Assembly (NCBI GenBank): GCA_044340075.1
Contig: JBIIUH010000001.1
Location: 1 to 55,922 of the forward strand
Length of the DNA: 55,922 bases
Source of the DNA: Ilumatobacteraceae bacterium
GTDB lineage: Bacteria; Actinomycetota; Acidimicrobiia; Acidimicrobiales; Ilumatobacteraceae
Reading direction: 5' to 3'
Within the stretch, counting starts at the first letter, position 1. Every line of letters begins with the position of its first letter. The position numbers and the translations under genes were made by a program. The notes beneath the pieces were generated by a model. That model had not been told where the DNA came from. It made no database searches and worked only from the letters and a program-made list of their open reading frames with translations. This document shows, piece by piece, positions 27,738-37,977 of the stretch.

Positions 27738-29069
27738 ATGAGTGCAGTGATGCGTCGCGTGCACTGGGCGAGTGCCGGCAACGACGTGCGTCGCACGATC
27801 ACCGATCGGGGTCTGCGCGACATCGTCGACGACTCCCTGCGCCGCGACGTCGTCGCCCTCGTCGACGACGTGCAGAAGCGCGGCGACGATGCCGTGCTCG
27901 AGGCGACGCGGCGCTTCGACGGCATCGATCTGGGCAGCGCCGAACGCTTGCGGGTGAGCGACGCGGAGATTGCCGAGGCACGCGTCGATCCGGCGCTCGA
28001 TGCCGCACTCGCCGACGCCATCGACCACGTGCAGCGGTTCAACGAAGCGGTGCTCGCGCGCCACGGCGACTGGTCGATGACGATCGAGCCCGGTGCAACG
28101 GTCGGGGAAAAGGTGTCGGCGATCGACTCGGTCGGCTTGTTCGTACCCGGCGGAAAGGCGAGCTACCCGTCGGTCGCCTATCAGCTCGCCGTGCCCGCCG
28201 TCGTCGCGGGTGTCGGTCGCATCTCGCTGCTCGTGCCACCGCTGCCGAACGGCAACGGAGCCGTCGATCCCGCCGTGCTCGTCGTTGCGCGAATGCTCGG
28301 CATCACCGACGTCTTCCGCGCCAACGGCCCTGCCGGCATCGCTGCACTCGGTTTTGGTACGCGCAGCATTCCCGCCGTGCGCAAGATCGTCGGTCCGGGC
28401 TCCCCCGCCGTCACGATCGCGCAGGTCGAAATGCAACGGCACGGAATCGCCACGATGATGGTGCTCGGTCCGACGGAGAGCATGCTCATTGCATCGCGTG
28501 AGTCCGATCCACGGCGTGCGGCGCTCGACCTGCTCATCGAAGCAGAACACGGTGAGGACTCGACGGTCTTTCTCGTGTGCGACGACGCCCCGACGATCGA
28601 CACCATTGATGCGCATCTCGCCCGGTTCATGGGTGAGATGCCCGAGATCCGCCGCGCCGCGGCGCACGCATCGCTCGGTCGCAACGGCGGTGCGATCCTC
28701 GTCGATTCACCCGCCGATGCAGCTGCCGTCGCCAACGACTTCGCGCCGGAGCACCTGCAGATCGCCTTCGACGGCGCACGCGCCGACGACCTCATCGCAG
28801 CGATTCACCACGCCGGCGAGATCCTCGTCGGTCAGGACACGCCGTTCAGTGCCGCGAACTTCGTGCTCGGCTGCCCGGCGTCGCTTCCGACGAGCGGCTT
28901 CGCGAAGGTGTCGTCGGGAATCACCGTCGATGCATTCCTCAAGCGCACGGCAATCGCCCGTGCCGATGCAACGGCACTCGCACGGATGTCACCGACGATC
29001 ACGACGCTCGCCGACCACGAGGGTTTCCACGCCCACTCGATGGCGATCCGCCGCCGTCCGGCGAAATAA
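27738..29069 (+). CDS. Histidinol dehydrogenase-family oxidoreductase (divergent; substrate uncertain)
   Basis: Collinear with HisD (GGKASYPS, GPGSPAV, LIEAEHG, APEHL, EGFHAHS), but several canonical HisD motif residues differ (see findings). Confidence 0.8.
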   Translation: MSAVMRRVHWASAGNDVRRTITDRGLRDIVDDSLRRDVVALVDDVQKRGDDAVLEATRRFDGIDLGSAERLRVSDAEIAEARVDPALDAALADAIDHVQRFNEAVLARHGDWSMTIEPGATVGEKVSAIDSVGLFVPGGKASYPSVAYQLAVPAVVAGVGRISLLVPPLPNGNGAVDPAVLVVARMLGITDVFRANGPAGIAALGFGTRSIPAVRKIVGPGSPAVTIAQVEMQRHGIATMMVLGPTESMLIASRESDPRRAALDLLIEAEHGEDSTVFLVCDDAPTIDTIDAHLARFMGEMPEIRRAAAHASLGRNGGAILVDSPADAAAVANDFAPEHLQIAFDGARADDLIAAIHHAGEILVGQDTPFSAANFVLGCPASLPTSGFAKVSSGITVDAFLKRTAIARADATALARMSPTITTLADHEGFHAHSMAIRRRPAK

Positions 29070-29074
29070 CCGCG

Positions 29075-31588
29075 TTACTTCGCCGCAGCCGGTGCGCCGG
29101 TACGCACGACGAACTCGCCGTTGACGTGATCGACGACGATGAGCGATTCGCCGGTCGACTCCGACACCTTGCCCTCGAGGATGAGCACCGATGCGGGATC
29201 GGCGATCGTGCGCTGGATGAGACGCTTGAGGGGCCGCGCGCCGAAGTCGGGGTCGTAGCCCTGCTCGGCGAGCGCAATCCGCGCCGGCGGTGTGACGGCA
29301 AGGACGATGTTGCGCTGCGCGACGCGATCGATGAGTCGTTGCAGCTGGATCTCGACGATTGCACCGAGGTCCTCGCGTGACAACTGCGTGAAGCGCACGA
29401 TTTCGTCGATGCGGTTGACGAACTCGGGCTTGAAGTACTCGATCGGCTCGACGGGAAGGTTGCTCGTCATGATGAGCACGGTGTTCGTGAAGTCGACGGT
29501 GCGACCCTGTCCGTCGGTGAGACGACCGTCGTCGAGCACCTGCAACAGCACGTTGAACACCTCGGGATGCGCCTTTTCGAGTTCATCGAGGAGCACGACG
29601 CTGTACGGACGGCGGCGCACCGCCTCGGTGAGTTGACCACCTTCGTCGTATCCGACATATCCCGGGGGTGCACCGACGAGACGGCTCACGGAGTGCTTCT
29701 CGGAATACTCACCCATGTCGATGCGCACCATCGCCCGTTCGTCGTCGAAGAGGAACTCGGCGAGCGCGCGGGCGAGTTCGGTCTTGCCGACACCCGTCGG
29801 TCCGAGGAACATGAACGACCCGATCGGTCGATTCGGATCCGACAAGCCGGCACGGGAGCGACGGATCGCATTGGCCACGACGTGAACTGCACCGTCCTGC
29901 CCGACGACGCGCTGATGGAGCAGATCCTCGAGGTGAACGAGCTTGTGCATCTCACCTTCCATGAGCCGCGTGACGGGAACCCCGGTCCATTTCGAGACGA
30001 CCTCGGCGATGTCCTCGGCGTCGACCTCCTCCTTCAACATCCGTTCGTCGCTTTGCGACTCCGACAATTGGTGCGTGGCGTCGTCGACGCGCCGCTCGAG
30101 CTCGGGAATGCGACCGTAAATGAGCTCGGCTTTCTTCGTGAGGTCCGTTTCGCGCTCGGCCTGCTGGCGCAGCGTCTCGAGCTCCTCTTTCAGCGTGCGA
30201 ATGGCGGCGATTCCCTGCTTCTCCGACTCCCACCGCGACTTCATCGCCCCGGACTCCCGCCGCAGTTCCGAGAGTTCGTCCTCGAGGTCAGCGAGGCGGC
30301 TCACCGATGCCTTGTCCGTCTCCTTCTCCAGCGCGACGCGTTCGATCTCGAGTTGCATGATGCGGCGTTCGACGACGTCGATCTCCGTGGGCATCGAATC
30401 GATCTCGATGCGCAACTTGCTCGCCGCTTCGTCGACGAGATCGATTGCCTTGTCCGGCAGGAACCTGTTCGTGAGACAACGATTCGAGAGCACCGCAGCA
30501 CTGACGAGTGCGTTGTCCTGGATGCGCACTCCGTGGTGCACTTCGTACCGTTCTTTCAGACCGCGCAGAATCGCAATCGTCGCCTCGACGGAGGGCTCTC
30601 CGACGTACACCTGCTGGAAACGTCGTTCGAGTGCGGCGTCCTTCTCGACGTGTTGGCGGTACTCATCGAGCGTGGTGGCGCCGATCATGCGCAACTCGCC
30701 GCGGGCGAGCATCGGCTTGATCATGTTTCCCGCATCCATTGCACCCTCGGCACCACCGGCACCGACGAGAGTGTGAATCTCGTCGACGAACGTGATCACC
30801 TCGCCACGTGAATCGGTGATCTCCTTCAGCACGGCCTTCAGGCGCTCTTCGAACTCGCCGCGGTATTTCGCACCGGCGAGCATCGCGCCGAGATCGATCG
30901 ACATCAGGCGCTTGTCCCGCAATCCCTCGGGAACGTCACCCGATGCAATTCGCTGGGCAAGTCCCTCAACGATGGCCGTTTTGCCGACGCCCGGCTCGCC
31001 GATGAGCACCGGGTTGTTCTTCGTGCGCCGCGACAACACCTGAACGACGCGGCGGATTTCCTCGTCGCGCCCGATGACCGGGTCGATTTTTCCGGAACGA
31101 GCCCGCTCGGTGAGGTCGACGGCGTACTTCTCGAGCGCCTGAAATTGGTCTTCGGGGTTCTGGCTCGTTACGCGGTGTGAACCGCGTACGTCACGCAACG
31201 CCGTCAACATCTCCTCGGCCGGAATGCCGATGCGATCGTGCATTGCAAGAACGAGATGCTCGACGGAGAGATAGTCGTCGCGCAGTTCCTCGCGCAGGGT
31301 GTTCGCGGCGGTGAACACTCCTGCAAGCTCGCGGTTCATCCGTGGCTCGCCGCCGCCCTGCGTACGCGGCAACTTGTTCACCGCTGCAACGGCCCTGTCG
31401 ACGACCGTATTTGCCGCCACCCCGAGTTTTGCCAACAAGGGATGAACGACGGTGTCGGTCTGCCCGACGACGCTCGCCAACACGTGATCGACGGTGAGCT
31501 CGGGATTGCCGTTCGTCGTGGCAACACCCATCGCTGCGGTGATTGCCTCGGTTGTTTTCGTCGTCCACTTGCGAGGGTCGAGTGTCAT
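29075..31588 (-). CDS. clpB: ATP-dependent chaperone ClpB
   Basis: 837 aa with two AAA+ modules ([18 protein letters not shown]), a long middle coiled-coil domain, and no ClpP-binding loop recognised. Confidence 0.96.
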   Translation of the reverse strand: MTLDPRKWTTKTTEAITAAMGVATTNGNPELTVDHVLASVVGQTDTVVHPLLAKLGVAANTVVDRAVAAVNKLPRTQGGGEPRMNRELAGVFTAANTLREELRDDYLSVEHLVLAMHDRIGIPAEEMLTALRDVRGSHRVTSQNPEDQFQALEKYAVDLTERARSGKIDPVIGRDEEIRRVVQVLSRRTKNNPVLIGEPGVGKTAIVEGLAQRIASGDVPEGLRDKRLMSIDLGAMLAGAKYRGEFEERLKAVLKEITDSRGEVITFVDEIHTLVGAGGAEGAMDAGNMIKPMLARGELRMIGATTLDEYRQHVEKDAALERRFQQVYVGEPSVEATIAILRGLKERYEVHHGVRIQDNALVSAAVLSNRCLTNRFLPDKAIDLVDEAASKLRIEIDSMPTEIDVVERRIMQLEIERVALEKETDKASVSRLADLEDELSELRRESGAMKSRWESEKQGIAAIRTLKEELETLRQQAERETDLTKKAELIYGRIPELERRVDDATHQLSESQSDERMLKEEVDAEDIAEVVSKWTGVPVTRLMEGEMHKLVHLEDLLHQRVVGQDGAVHVVANAIRRSRAGLSDPNRPIGSFMFLGPTGVGKTELARALAEFLFDDERAMVRIDMGEYSEKHSVSRLVGAPPGYVGYDEGGQLTEAVRRRPYSVVLLDELEKAHPEVFNVLLQVLDDGRLTDGQGRTVDFTNTVLIMTSNLPVEPIEYFKPEFVNRIDEIVRFTQLSREDLGAIVEIQLQRLIDRVAQRNIVLAVTPPARIALAEQGYDPDFGARPLKRLIQRTIADPASVLILEGKVSESTGESLIVVDHVNGEFVVRTGAPAAAK

Positions 31589-31649
31589 CGCTGCTTCTCC
31601 CGGCCGATGGCGTGTCGGATCGTGTCGTTACGTTGCGAATTCATGGTCG

Positions 31650-32045
31650 TCAGCGACGCTCGTCGAGGAAGCCGCCGGGTCGGGCGAAAAAGCCGAGCGA
31701 CTGGCGCAGTGGAACGATTTCGTTGCGACCGCCGCGGCGCTGCAATTCGGCGCGCAACTGGGCGACCTCGGCGCGCAACTGCGACACTTCGTTCTCGAGC
31801 TCGAGCACTTGGCGGATTCCCTCGAGGCTGAGACCGAGATTCGTCAACTCGGCAATGCGGCGCAGCAGTGCGATGTCGGCATCGCTGTACCGACGGTTGC
31901 CGCCCTGCGTGCGGGCCGGGCGCACGAGCCCCCGGCGTTCGTAGATACGCAACGTTTGCGGATGGACACCGGCGAGCTCGGCCGCCACCGAGATGACGTA
32001 CACCGCGAGGCGTTCGCGATCGCGACGTGCTTCGTTGCCACTCAT
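31650..32045 (-). CDS. hspR: MerR-family heat-shock repressor HspR
   Basis: 131 aa from ATG 32045. MerR HTH ISVAAELAGVHPQTLRIYERRGLV.P.R...G.RRYS. Position after dnaJ as in actinobacterial dnaK operons. Confidence 0.88.
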   Translation of the reverse strand: MSGNEARRDRERLAVYVISVAAELAGVHPQTLRIYERRGLVRPARTQGGNRRYSDADIALLRRIAELTNLGLSLEGIRQVLELENEVSQLRAEVAQLRAELQRRGGRNEIVPLRQSLGFFARPGGFLDERR

Positions 32046-32046
32046 G

Positions 32047-33198
32047 TCACGCACCTCCATGCGTTCGGCTCGACGTGTGACCAGATGCGGACGCAGACGA
32101 TGCAGGTCGTTGTTCCCCGTCCTGCAGCCGGGCGAATCGTTCGAGCAACTCGCGTTCCTCGTCGGTGAGCGACGTCGGCACGCGCACGTCGACGGTGACG
32201 ATGAGGTCGCCCGACTCCTTCTCCGTGACGACACCTCGACCCTTCACCCGGTGACGGCTGCCCGGCTGGGTGCCCGGGCGCAACTTCAGCGTGACGACGT
32301 CACCGTCGAGCGTCTCGACGGGAACGTTCGCTCCGAGTGCCGCATCGGTGAACGCGATCGGCACGGTGACGGCGAGGTGCTGACCGTCGCGACGGAAGCG
32401 CGGGTGCGCAACGACGCGGCACACCACGAACAAGTCACCCGCGGGTCCGCCGTTGCGTCCCGGTGCTCCCCTGTTCTTCAACCGGATGCGGGTGCCGTCG
32501 ACGATGCCGGCGGGGACGCGCACCTTCACCTCGCGATCGCGCATCTGCACGCCCGAGCCGTTGCACGACGTGCACGGTGAATCGATCGTCGCGCCGCGTC
32601 CCGCGCATCGCGGGCACGGTGAGCTGAATGCGAAACCACCCTGGTTCGTCTCGACTGCGCCGCGACCATTGCACTGCACGCAGCGTGAAGGCTGCGTCCC
32701 CGGCCGCGCACCCGAGCCGTTGCACGTCGTACACGATGCCTCCGACGTCAACTGCAACGTCGTCGTCAGTCCCTTCACTGCGTCGATGAACTGCAACGTC
32801 AGCGTGGCTTCGAGATCGGCGCCGCGCTGCGGACCGCCGGCCGTCGTTCGCCGGCCGCCACCGAACATCTGGTTGAGGAGGTCACCGATGCCGCCCATTC
32901 CGGCGGCGTCACCGACGTCGAAACGGAACGAACCCGCACCGGGACCACCGAATCCACCGGGACCCATCCGTCGCACTTCGTCGTACTCGCGACGACGCTG
33001 TTCGTCGCCGAGCACGTCGTATGCCGCGGACACTTCCTTGAATCGTTCCTCGGCCGCCTTGTTGTTCGGGTTCGCGTCAGGGTGGTACTGGCGGGCGAGC
33101 TTGCGGTACGCCTTCGTGATGTCCTTTGCCGATGCGTTCTGGGCGACACCGAGCACGGCGTAGTAGTCCTTCTCAAACCACTCGCGCTGCGCCGCCAC
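32047..33198 (-). CDS. dnaJ: Molecular chaperone DnaJ
   Basis: J-domain with HPD (YHPDANP), a G/F-rich linker and four CxxCxGxG zinc-finger repeats. Confidence 0.95.
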   Translation of the reverse strand: MAAQREWFEKDYYAVLGVAQNASAKDITKAYRKLARQYHPDANPNNKAAEERFKEVSAAYDVLGDEQRRREYDEVRRMGPGGFGGPGAGSFRFDVGDAAGMGGIGDLLNQMFGGGRRTTAGGPQRGADLEATLTLQFIDAVKGLTTTLQLTSEASCTTCNGSGARPGTQPSRCVQCNGRGAVETNQGGFAFSSPCPRCAGRGATIDSPCTSCNGSGVQMRDREVKVRVPAGIVDGTRIRLKNRGAPGRNGGPAGDLFVVCRVVAHPRFRRDGQHLAVTVPIAFTDAALGANVPVETLDGDVVTLKLRPGTQPGSRHRVKGRGVVTEKESGDLIVTVDVRVPTSLTDEERELLERFARLQDGEQRPASSASASGHTSSRTHGGA

Positions 33199-33207
33199 GT
33201 CGGTCTC

Positions 33208-33747
33208 CTAGCCCCGCACCTTCACCATCGCGGCGCGCACGACGCGGCCCTTCCAGCGGTAACCGGTGCGCAACACTTCGACGACGAGCGGTTCCGTCGT
33301 CGTTCCGTCACCGGGTTCGTGCACGACGGCTTCCGCCGTCGTCGGGTCGAACGGCTTGTCGGCGAGATCGAGTGCCTCGAGGCCCTGCTTCTGCAGCGCG
33401 CCGAGGAGTGCGGACCACACCTGTTCGATTCCCTGCACGCCGTGCGCGGCCGCTGCCTCGCACGCATCGAGTACCGGCAACAGTGACTCGACGAGCTTCG
33501 CGGTACCGCGATCGACCTCGTCGGTGAGTTGTTGGGCGACCCGCTTGCGATAGTTCTCGAAGTCGGCCTGCACGCGCAGTGCGATGTCCTTGAATTCGTC
33601 GCGCTCGCGACTCACCGTGTCGACGAGCGAGGTGATGTCGTCGGGTGCGGCATCGCCCGTGTCGGAATTCGTTGGTGCGCCGGAGGGCACCTCACCATGG
33701 GGGGTGGGGGTGTCGGCACCCTCCGGCGTCGATCCTGTCGTCGTCAT
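33208..33747 (-). CDS. grpE: Nucleotide exchange factor GrpE
   Basis: 179 aa from ATG 33747. GrpE pattern DFENYRKR...LLPVLD...GYRWKGRVVRAAMVKV. Confidence 0.9.
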   Translation of the reverse strand: MTTTGSTPEGADTPTPHGEVPSGAPTNSDTGDAAPDDITSLVDTVSRERDEFKDIALRVQADFENYRKRVAQQLTDEVDRGTAKLVESLLPVLDACEAAAAHGVQGIEQVWSALLGALQKQGLEALDLADKPFDPTTAEAVVHEPGDGTTTEPLVVEVLRTGYRWKGRVVRAAMVKVRG

Positions 33748-33763
33748 GATGCGGACGTACGGG

Positions 33764-35605
33764 TCACTTCTCGTCGACGATTTCGGCGTCGACGATGTCA
33801 CCGTCGTTCGATCCCGACGCATCGGTCTGTCCCGATGCCGACGTACCCGCGGCATTCGCATCCTTCGCCGCCGCCTCGTAGAGCTTCTGGCTGAACGCCT
33901 GGCTGGCGCTCATCAGTTTCTCGGTGGCGTTCTTGATCGTGTCGGTGTCGGATCCGGCGAGTGCGGACTTCAAATCGGCGAGCGGTTGCTCGATCGCCTT
34001 GCGTTCGTCCTCGCTCACCTTGTCACCCTGCTCGCGCAGAACCTTCTCCGTTTGATACACGAGCGAGTCGGCGTTGTTGCGCACCTCGGCTTCGGCGCGG
34101 CGCTTGCGGTCCTCCTCGGCGTGCGCCTCGGCGTCCTTCACCATCTTCTCGATGTCGTCCTTGTTCAACGACGACTGACCGGTGATGGTCATCGACTGTT
34201 CCTTGTTCGTGGCGCGGTCCTTCGCCGACACGTGGACGATGCCGTTCGCGTCGATGTCGAAGGTGACCTCGATCTGCGGCACGCCGCGCGGTGCGGGCGG
34301 CAGGTCGACGAGCTGGAACTTCCCGAGCGTCTTGTTGTACGCCGCCATCTCGCGCTCCCCTTGCAGCACGTGGATCTCGACCGACGGCTGCATGTCCTCT
34401 GCCGTCGTGAACACCTCGGTGCGTCGCGTCGGGATCGTCGTGTTGCGCTCGATGAGTCGCGTCATGACGCCGCCCTTCGTCTCGATGCCGAGCGATAGCG
34501 GTGTGACGTCGAGGAGCAGAACGTCCTTCACGTCACCGCGCAGGACACCGGCCTGAACGGCGGCGCCGACGGCGACCACTTCGTCGGGGTTCACCGTGCG
34601 GTTCGGTTCCTTGCCCGTGAGCGACTGCACGAGATCCTGCACGGCGGGCATGCGGGTCGAGCCGCCGACGAGGATGACGTGGTTGATCTGACCCTTCGTC
34701 AGACCGGCGTCGCTGATCGCCTGTTCGAACGGCTTGCGGCAGCGCTCGAGAAGGTCGGCCGTCATCTCCTGGAACTTGGCGCGCGAGAGCGACTCGTCGA
34801 GGTGCAGCGGGCCGTTGGCCGTTGCGGTGATGAATGGCAGGTTGATCTGCGTCTGTTGTACCTGCGACAGCTCGATCTTCGCCTTTTCCGCGGCTTCCTT
34901 CAGACGCTGCGTCGCCATGCGATCGTTCGACAGATCGACGCCGTGCGCCGACTTGAACTGCGTGACGAGCCAGTCGATGATCCGCTGGTCCCAGTCGTCA
35001 CCGCCGAGGTGCGTGTCACCGTGGGTGCTCTTCACTTCGAACACACCGTCGCCGATTTCGAGCACGCTCACGTCGAAGGTTCCGCCACCGAGGTCGAACA
35101 CGAGCACGGTCTCGTCCGACGTTCCCTTGTCGAGTCCGTAGGCAAGCGCGGCGGCGGTCGGCTCGTTGATGATGCGCAACACTTCGAGTCCGGCGATTTG
35201 TCCCGCTTCCTTCGTCGCCGTGCGCTGTGCATCGTCGAAGTACGCCGGAACGGTGATCACCGCCTGTGTCACCGTGTCACCGAGGTACGCCTCGGCGTCG
35301 CGCTTCAATTTCATGAGCGTGCGCGCACTGATCTCCTGGGGTGTGTAGCGCTTGCCGTCGATGTCGTCCGACTGCCATGCCTCGCCCATGTGGCGCTTGA
35401 TGCTGCGGAACGTGCGATCGAAGTTCGTGATTGCCTGACGCTTGGCGACTTCGCCGACGAGCACTTCACCGGACTTCGAGAAGGCGACGACCGACGGGGT
35501 GGTCCGTGCACCTTCCGAGTTGGGGATGACGACGGGTTCGCCCGCCTCGAGCACTGCGACGACGGAGTTCGTCGTTCCGAGGTCGATTCCGACTGCCTTG
35601 GCCAT
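33764..35605 (-). CDS. dnaK: Molecular chaperone DnaK
   Basis: Hsp70 signatures [19 protein letters not shown] and [14 protein letters not shown] 35605 lies 9 nt downstream of AGGAGG. Confidence 0.97.
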   Translation of the reverse strand: MAKAVGIDLGTTNSVVAVLEAGEPVVIPNSEGARTTPSVVAFSKSGEVLVGEVAKRQAITNFDRTFRSIKRHMGEAWQSDDIDGKRYTPQEISARTLMKLKRDAEAYLGDTVTQAVITVPAYFDDAQRTATKEAGQIAGLEVLRIINEPTAAALAYGLDKGTSDETVLVFDLGGGTFDVSVLEIGDGVFEVKSTHGDTHLGGDDWDQRIIDWLVTQFKSAHGVDLSNDRMATQRLKEAAEKAKIELSQVQQTQINLPFITATANGPLHLDESLSRAKFQEMTADLLERCRKPFEQAISDAGLTKGQINHVILVGGSTRMPAVQDLVQSLTGKEPNRTVNPDEVVAVGAAVQAGVLRGDVKDVLLLDVTPLSLGIETKGGVMTRLIERNTTIPTRRTEVFTTAEDMQPSVEIHVLQGEREMAAYNKTLGKFQLVDLPPAPRGVPQIEVTFDIDANGIVHVSAKDRATNKEQSMTITGQSSLNKDDIEKMVKDAEAHAEEDRKRRAEAEVRNNADSLVYQTEKVLREQGDKVSEDERKAIEQPLADLKSALAGSDTDTIKNATEKLMSASQAFSQKLYEAAAKDANAAGTSASGQTDASGSNDGDIVDAEIVDEK

Positions 35606-35665
35606 GAGCACTTTCCTCCTGTGGGGGTTTGCGGGACCCGTACCCTATCCCCGACCATCAACAAA

Positions 35666-35686
35666 ATTGAGTGCTTAGCACTCATG
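35666..35686. promoter_or_regulatory. HspR operator (HAIR) upstream of dnaK
   Basis: aTTGAGT-GCTTAGC-ACTCAtg matches HAIR consensus CTTGAGT-N7-ACTCAAG. It lies in an AT-richer patch about 60 nt upstream of the dnaK start. Confidence 0.75.
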
Positions 35687-35749
35687 TTTTTCGTCACACG
35701 GCCGAACAGGCTGTCCGGGTGCCACCTCGGCCGGGGTGAACCCCGCACA

Positions 35750-36646
35750 TCAGCGGGTCGGCGGGAGGTGCCGGGCGATGGCCGACCACGTCGGCAGCGA
35801 CGGAACGGCACCCCGGGTCAGGGTGGACAGCGCTCCCCCGACAACGGCTGCCTGCAGGGCGACGGGAAGGGTGTCGCCCGCGGCAAGTCGGGCGGCCAGC
35901 ACCCCACAGAAGGCATCCCCCGCACCCGTCGTATCGACGGGGGTGACGGCATGGGGTGCGATCCGTGTCTCACCCTCACGGGTGACGAGTCGGGCTCCTC
36001 GGGCACCTTCGGTGACGACGACGGAGCCGACGCCCGCGTCGAGCAACGCCGCCGTTCCTCCGAGCAGGGTCACCTCGTGTTCGTTCGGCACGATGACATC
36101 GAGTTCGGCGAGCAACCGGCCGGGAAGATCGCGTGCCGGCGCGGGATTGAGAACGACGATCGTGTCGTCTCCGGCACGGGCGACGGCTCGTTCGATGACG
36201 TCGAGGGGAACCTCGCACTGCATGAGCAGCACTCGTGCACCCGTAATGACGTCGCCGGCCGCATCGACATCGGCAACCGACAGCACGTGATTCGCGCCGG
36301 GCACGACCATGATGAGGTTTTCACCGTCGTGCGACACACCGATGAGCGCACGACCCGTCGGTGCATCGACGGTGACGAGGTGCGCCACGTCGACGCCGTC
36401 GGCGACGAACGCCGCGCGCATCTGTCGCGCCGCATCGTCGTCACCCACCGCACCGACGAACGTCGTTCGTGCACCGGCGCGCGCCGCGGCGATGACCTGG
36501 TTGGCACCCTTTCCACCGCATGCTTCGAAGTACCCGTCGGCAGTGACGGTTTCGCCGGGCCGGGGGAGTCGCACGGTCGTCGCAACGATGTCAAGATTCG
36601 CCGATCCGACGACGACGACATCGGTGCGCGCGACCATGTCGCCCAT
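35750..36646 (-). CDS. rbsK: Ribokinase (PfkB family)
   Basis: VVVVGSANLD, GGKGANQ and the C-terminal DTTGAGDAF motifs. Confidence 0.85.
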   Translation of the reverse strand: MGDMVARTDVVVVGSANLDIVATTVRLPRPGETVTADGYFEACGGKGANQVIAAARAGARTTFVGAVGDDDAARQMRAAFVADGVDVAHLVTVDAPTGRALIGVSHDGENLIMVVPGANHVLSVADVDAAGDVITGARVLLMQCEVPLDVIERAVARAGDDTIVVLNPAPARDLPGRLLAELDVIVPNEHEVTLLGGTAALLDAGVGSVVVTEGARGARLVTREGETRIAPHAVTPVDTTGAGDAFCGVLAARLAAGDTLPVALQAAVVGGALSTLTRGAVPSLPTWSAIARHLPPTR

Positions 36647-36671
36647 TCTCGCCGAGATCTAACCTTGCCCC

Positions 36672-37448
36672 ATGAACGCCGTCGCCACCCCGGGAATCCT
36701 CGTTGCGCTGCGCCACGGGCAGAGCACGTGGAACGAGCTGAATCTGTTCACCGGTTGGCACGACGTCGAGCTCAGCGCGCAAGGGGAGAGGGAGGCCGAC
36801 GAAGCGGGGCGCACGATGCGCGCGGAGGGTCTGCACTTCGACGTCGCGTACACGTCGCGGCTCACCCGCGCCGTCAACACGTGTCGCCGTGCCCTCGCCA
36901 CCCTCGGCCAACCCGAACTGCAGATACGCGAGGACTGGCGGCTGAACGAACGCCATTACGGCGCGTTGCAGGGTCTCGACAAGAAGGAGACGATGCGGTT
37001 GCACGGCGAGGAGAAGACGAAGTTGTGGCGACGCAGCTTCGACGTGCCGCCGCCGCCGGTCGACCGATCGTCGCCGGAGCACCCCGCGAACGATCCGAAG
37101 TACGCGGACCTCGACCCTTCGATGCTGCCCGCCACCGAGTGCCTGAAGGACGTCGTCGCACGCGTCGTTCCGATGTGGAACGAGGTACTCGTGCCGCTGC
37201 TCGGTGCCGGTCGCAACGTCCTCGTCACCGCGCACGGAAATTCGTTGCGGGCACTGGCAATGCACCTCGAGGGGATTTCTGCGGCCGACATCGCCGAAGT
37301 GAACGTGCCCACGGGAGTTCCCCGGTTGTACACGTTGCGCCCCGATGCGACGGCGGGCCTCGCCGTCACCGCGGCGCGGTACCTCGGTGATGCCGCGGCC
37401 ATTGCCGCGGCTGCCGATGCCGTCGCGAAGCAAGCCGGCGGGCACTGA
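36672..37448 (+). CDS. gpmA: 2,3-bisphosphoglycerate-dependent phosphoglycerate mutase
   Basis: LRHGQSTWN (catalytic His), YTSRLTRA and TAHGNSLRAL motifs. Confidence 0.93.
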   Translation: MNAVATPGILVALRHGQSTWNELNLFTGWHDVELSAQGEREADEAGRTMRAEGLHFDVAYTSRLTRAVNTCRRALATLGQPELQIREDWRLNERHYGALQGLDKKETMRLHGEEKTKLWRRSFDVPPPPVDRSSPEHPANDPKYADLDPSMLPATECLKDVVARVVPMWNEVLVPLLGAGRNVLVTAHGNSLRALAMHLEGISAADIAEVNVPTGVPRLYTLRPDATAGLAVTAARYLGDAAAIAAAADAVAKQAGGH

Positions 37449-37527
37449 ATCACGGCGCGGCTGCGCCCCGCACCACGTAACGCCGAAGTCGTTCACCCGT
37501 CGTCGCGGATCGTTCTAGAGTCCTGCC

Positions 37528-37953
37528 ATGGCCCGCGTGCCGAACCCGCTCACCGCACTGCGCCACGTTCCGTTGTTCTCGTCGTGTTCGGCGAAGGATC
37601 TTGCGCGCATCGCCAAGGCGTGCGAACGGGTGACGTTTCCCGCCGGACGCGTGCTCATCGAACAGGGACAACCCGGTCGCGAGGCATTCATCGTCGTGAA
37701 GGGAGCCGCCGTCGTGCGACGGTCGGGTCGCAAGATCGCCCACGTCGGCCCCGGGGCGATGATCGGCGAGTTGGCGTTGCTCGACCACGGCCCACGCACG
37801 GCGACGGTCGTGTGCGAGACCGAATGCGATGTCCTCGTGCTCAGTCAGCGGCACTTCCACGGCGTGCTCGACGACGTGCCGGCACTTTCACACAAGTTGC
37901 TCGCCACCCTCGCAGCGCGAATCCGCGAATTCGATCGATCTTCCTACGGGTGA
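37528..37953 (+). CDS. Stand-alone cyclic nucleotide-binding domain protein
   Basis: 141 aa comprising a CNB fold only (FPAGRVLIEQG..G..F.IV..G, GELALLD..PRTATV). No HTH or other output domain. Confidence 0.8.
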   Translation: MARVPNPLTALRHVPLFSSCSAKDLARIAKACERVTFPAGRVLIEQGQPGREAFIVVKGAAVVRRSGRKIAHVGPGAMIGELALLDHGPRTATVVCETECDVLVLSQRHFHGVLDDVPALSHKLLATLAARIREFDRSSYG

Positions 37954-37977
37954 CCACGCAACTAGCGTGAGATCGCC

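Noticed and set aside
34679-37390. 903-aa plus-strand ORF, the longest in the track
   Set aside because: It runs antisense through dnaK and rbsK and out of frame through gpmA. The sequence is Arg/Asp/Gly-rich with no recognisable domain. It is a stop-codon-poor frame, not a gene.
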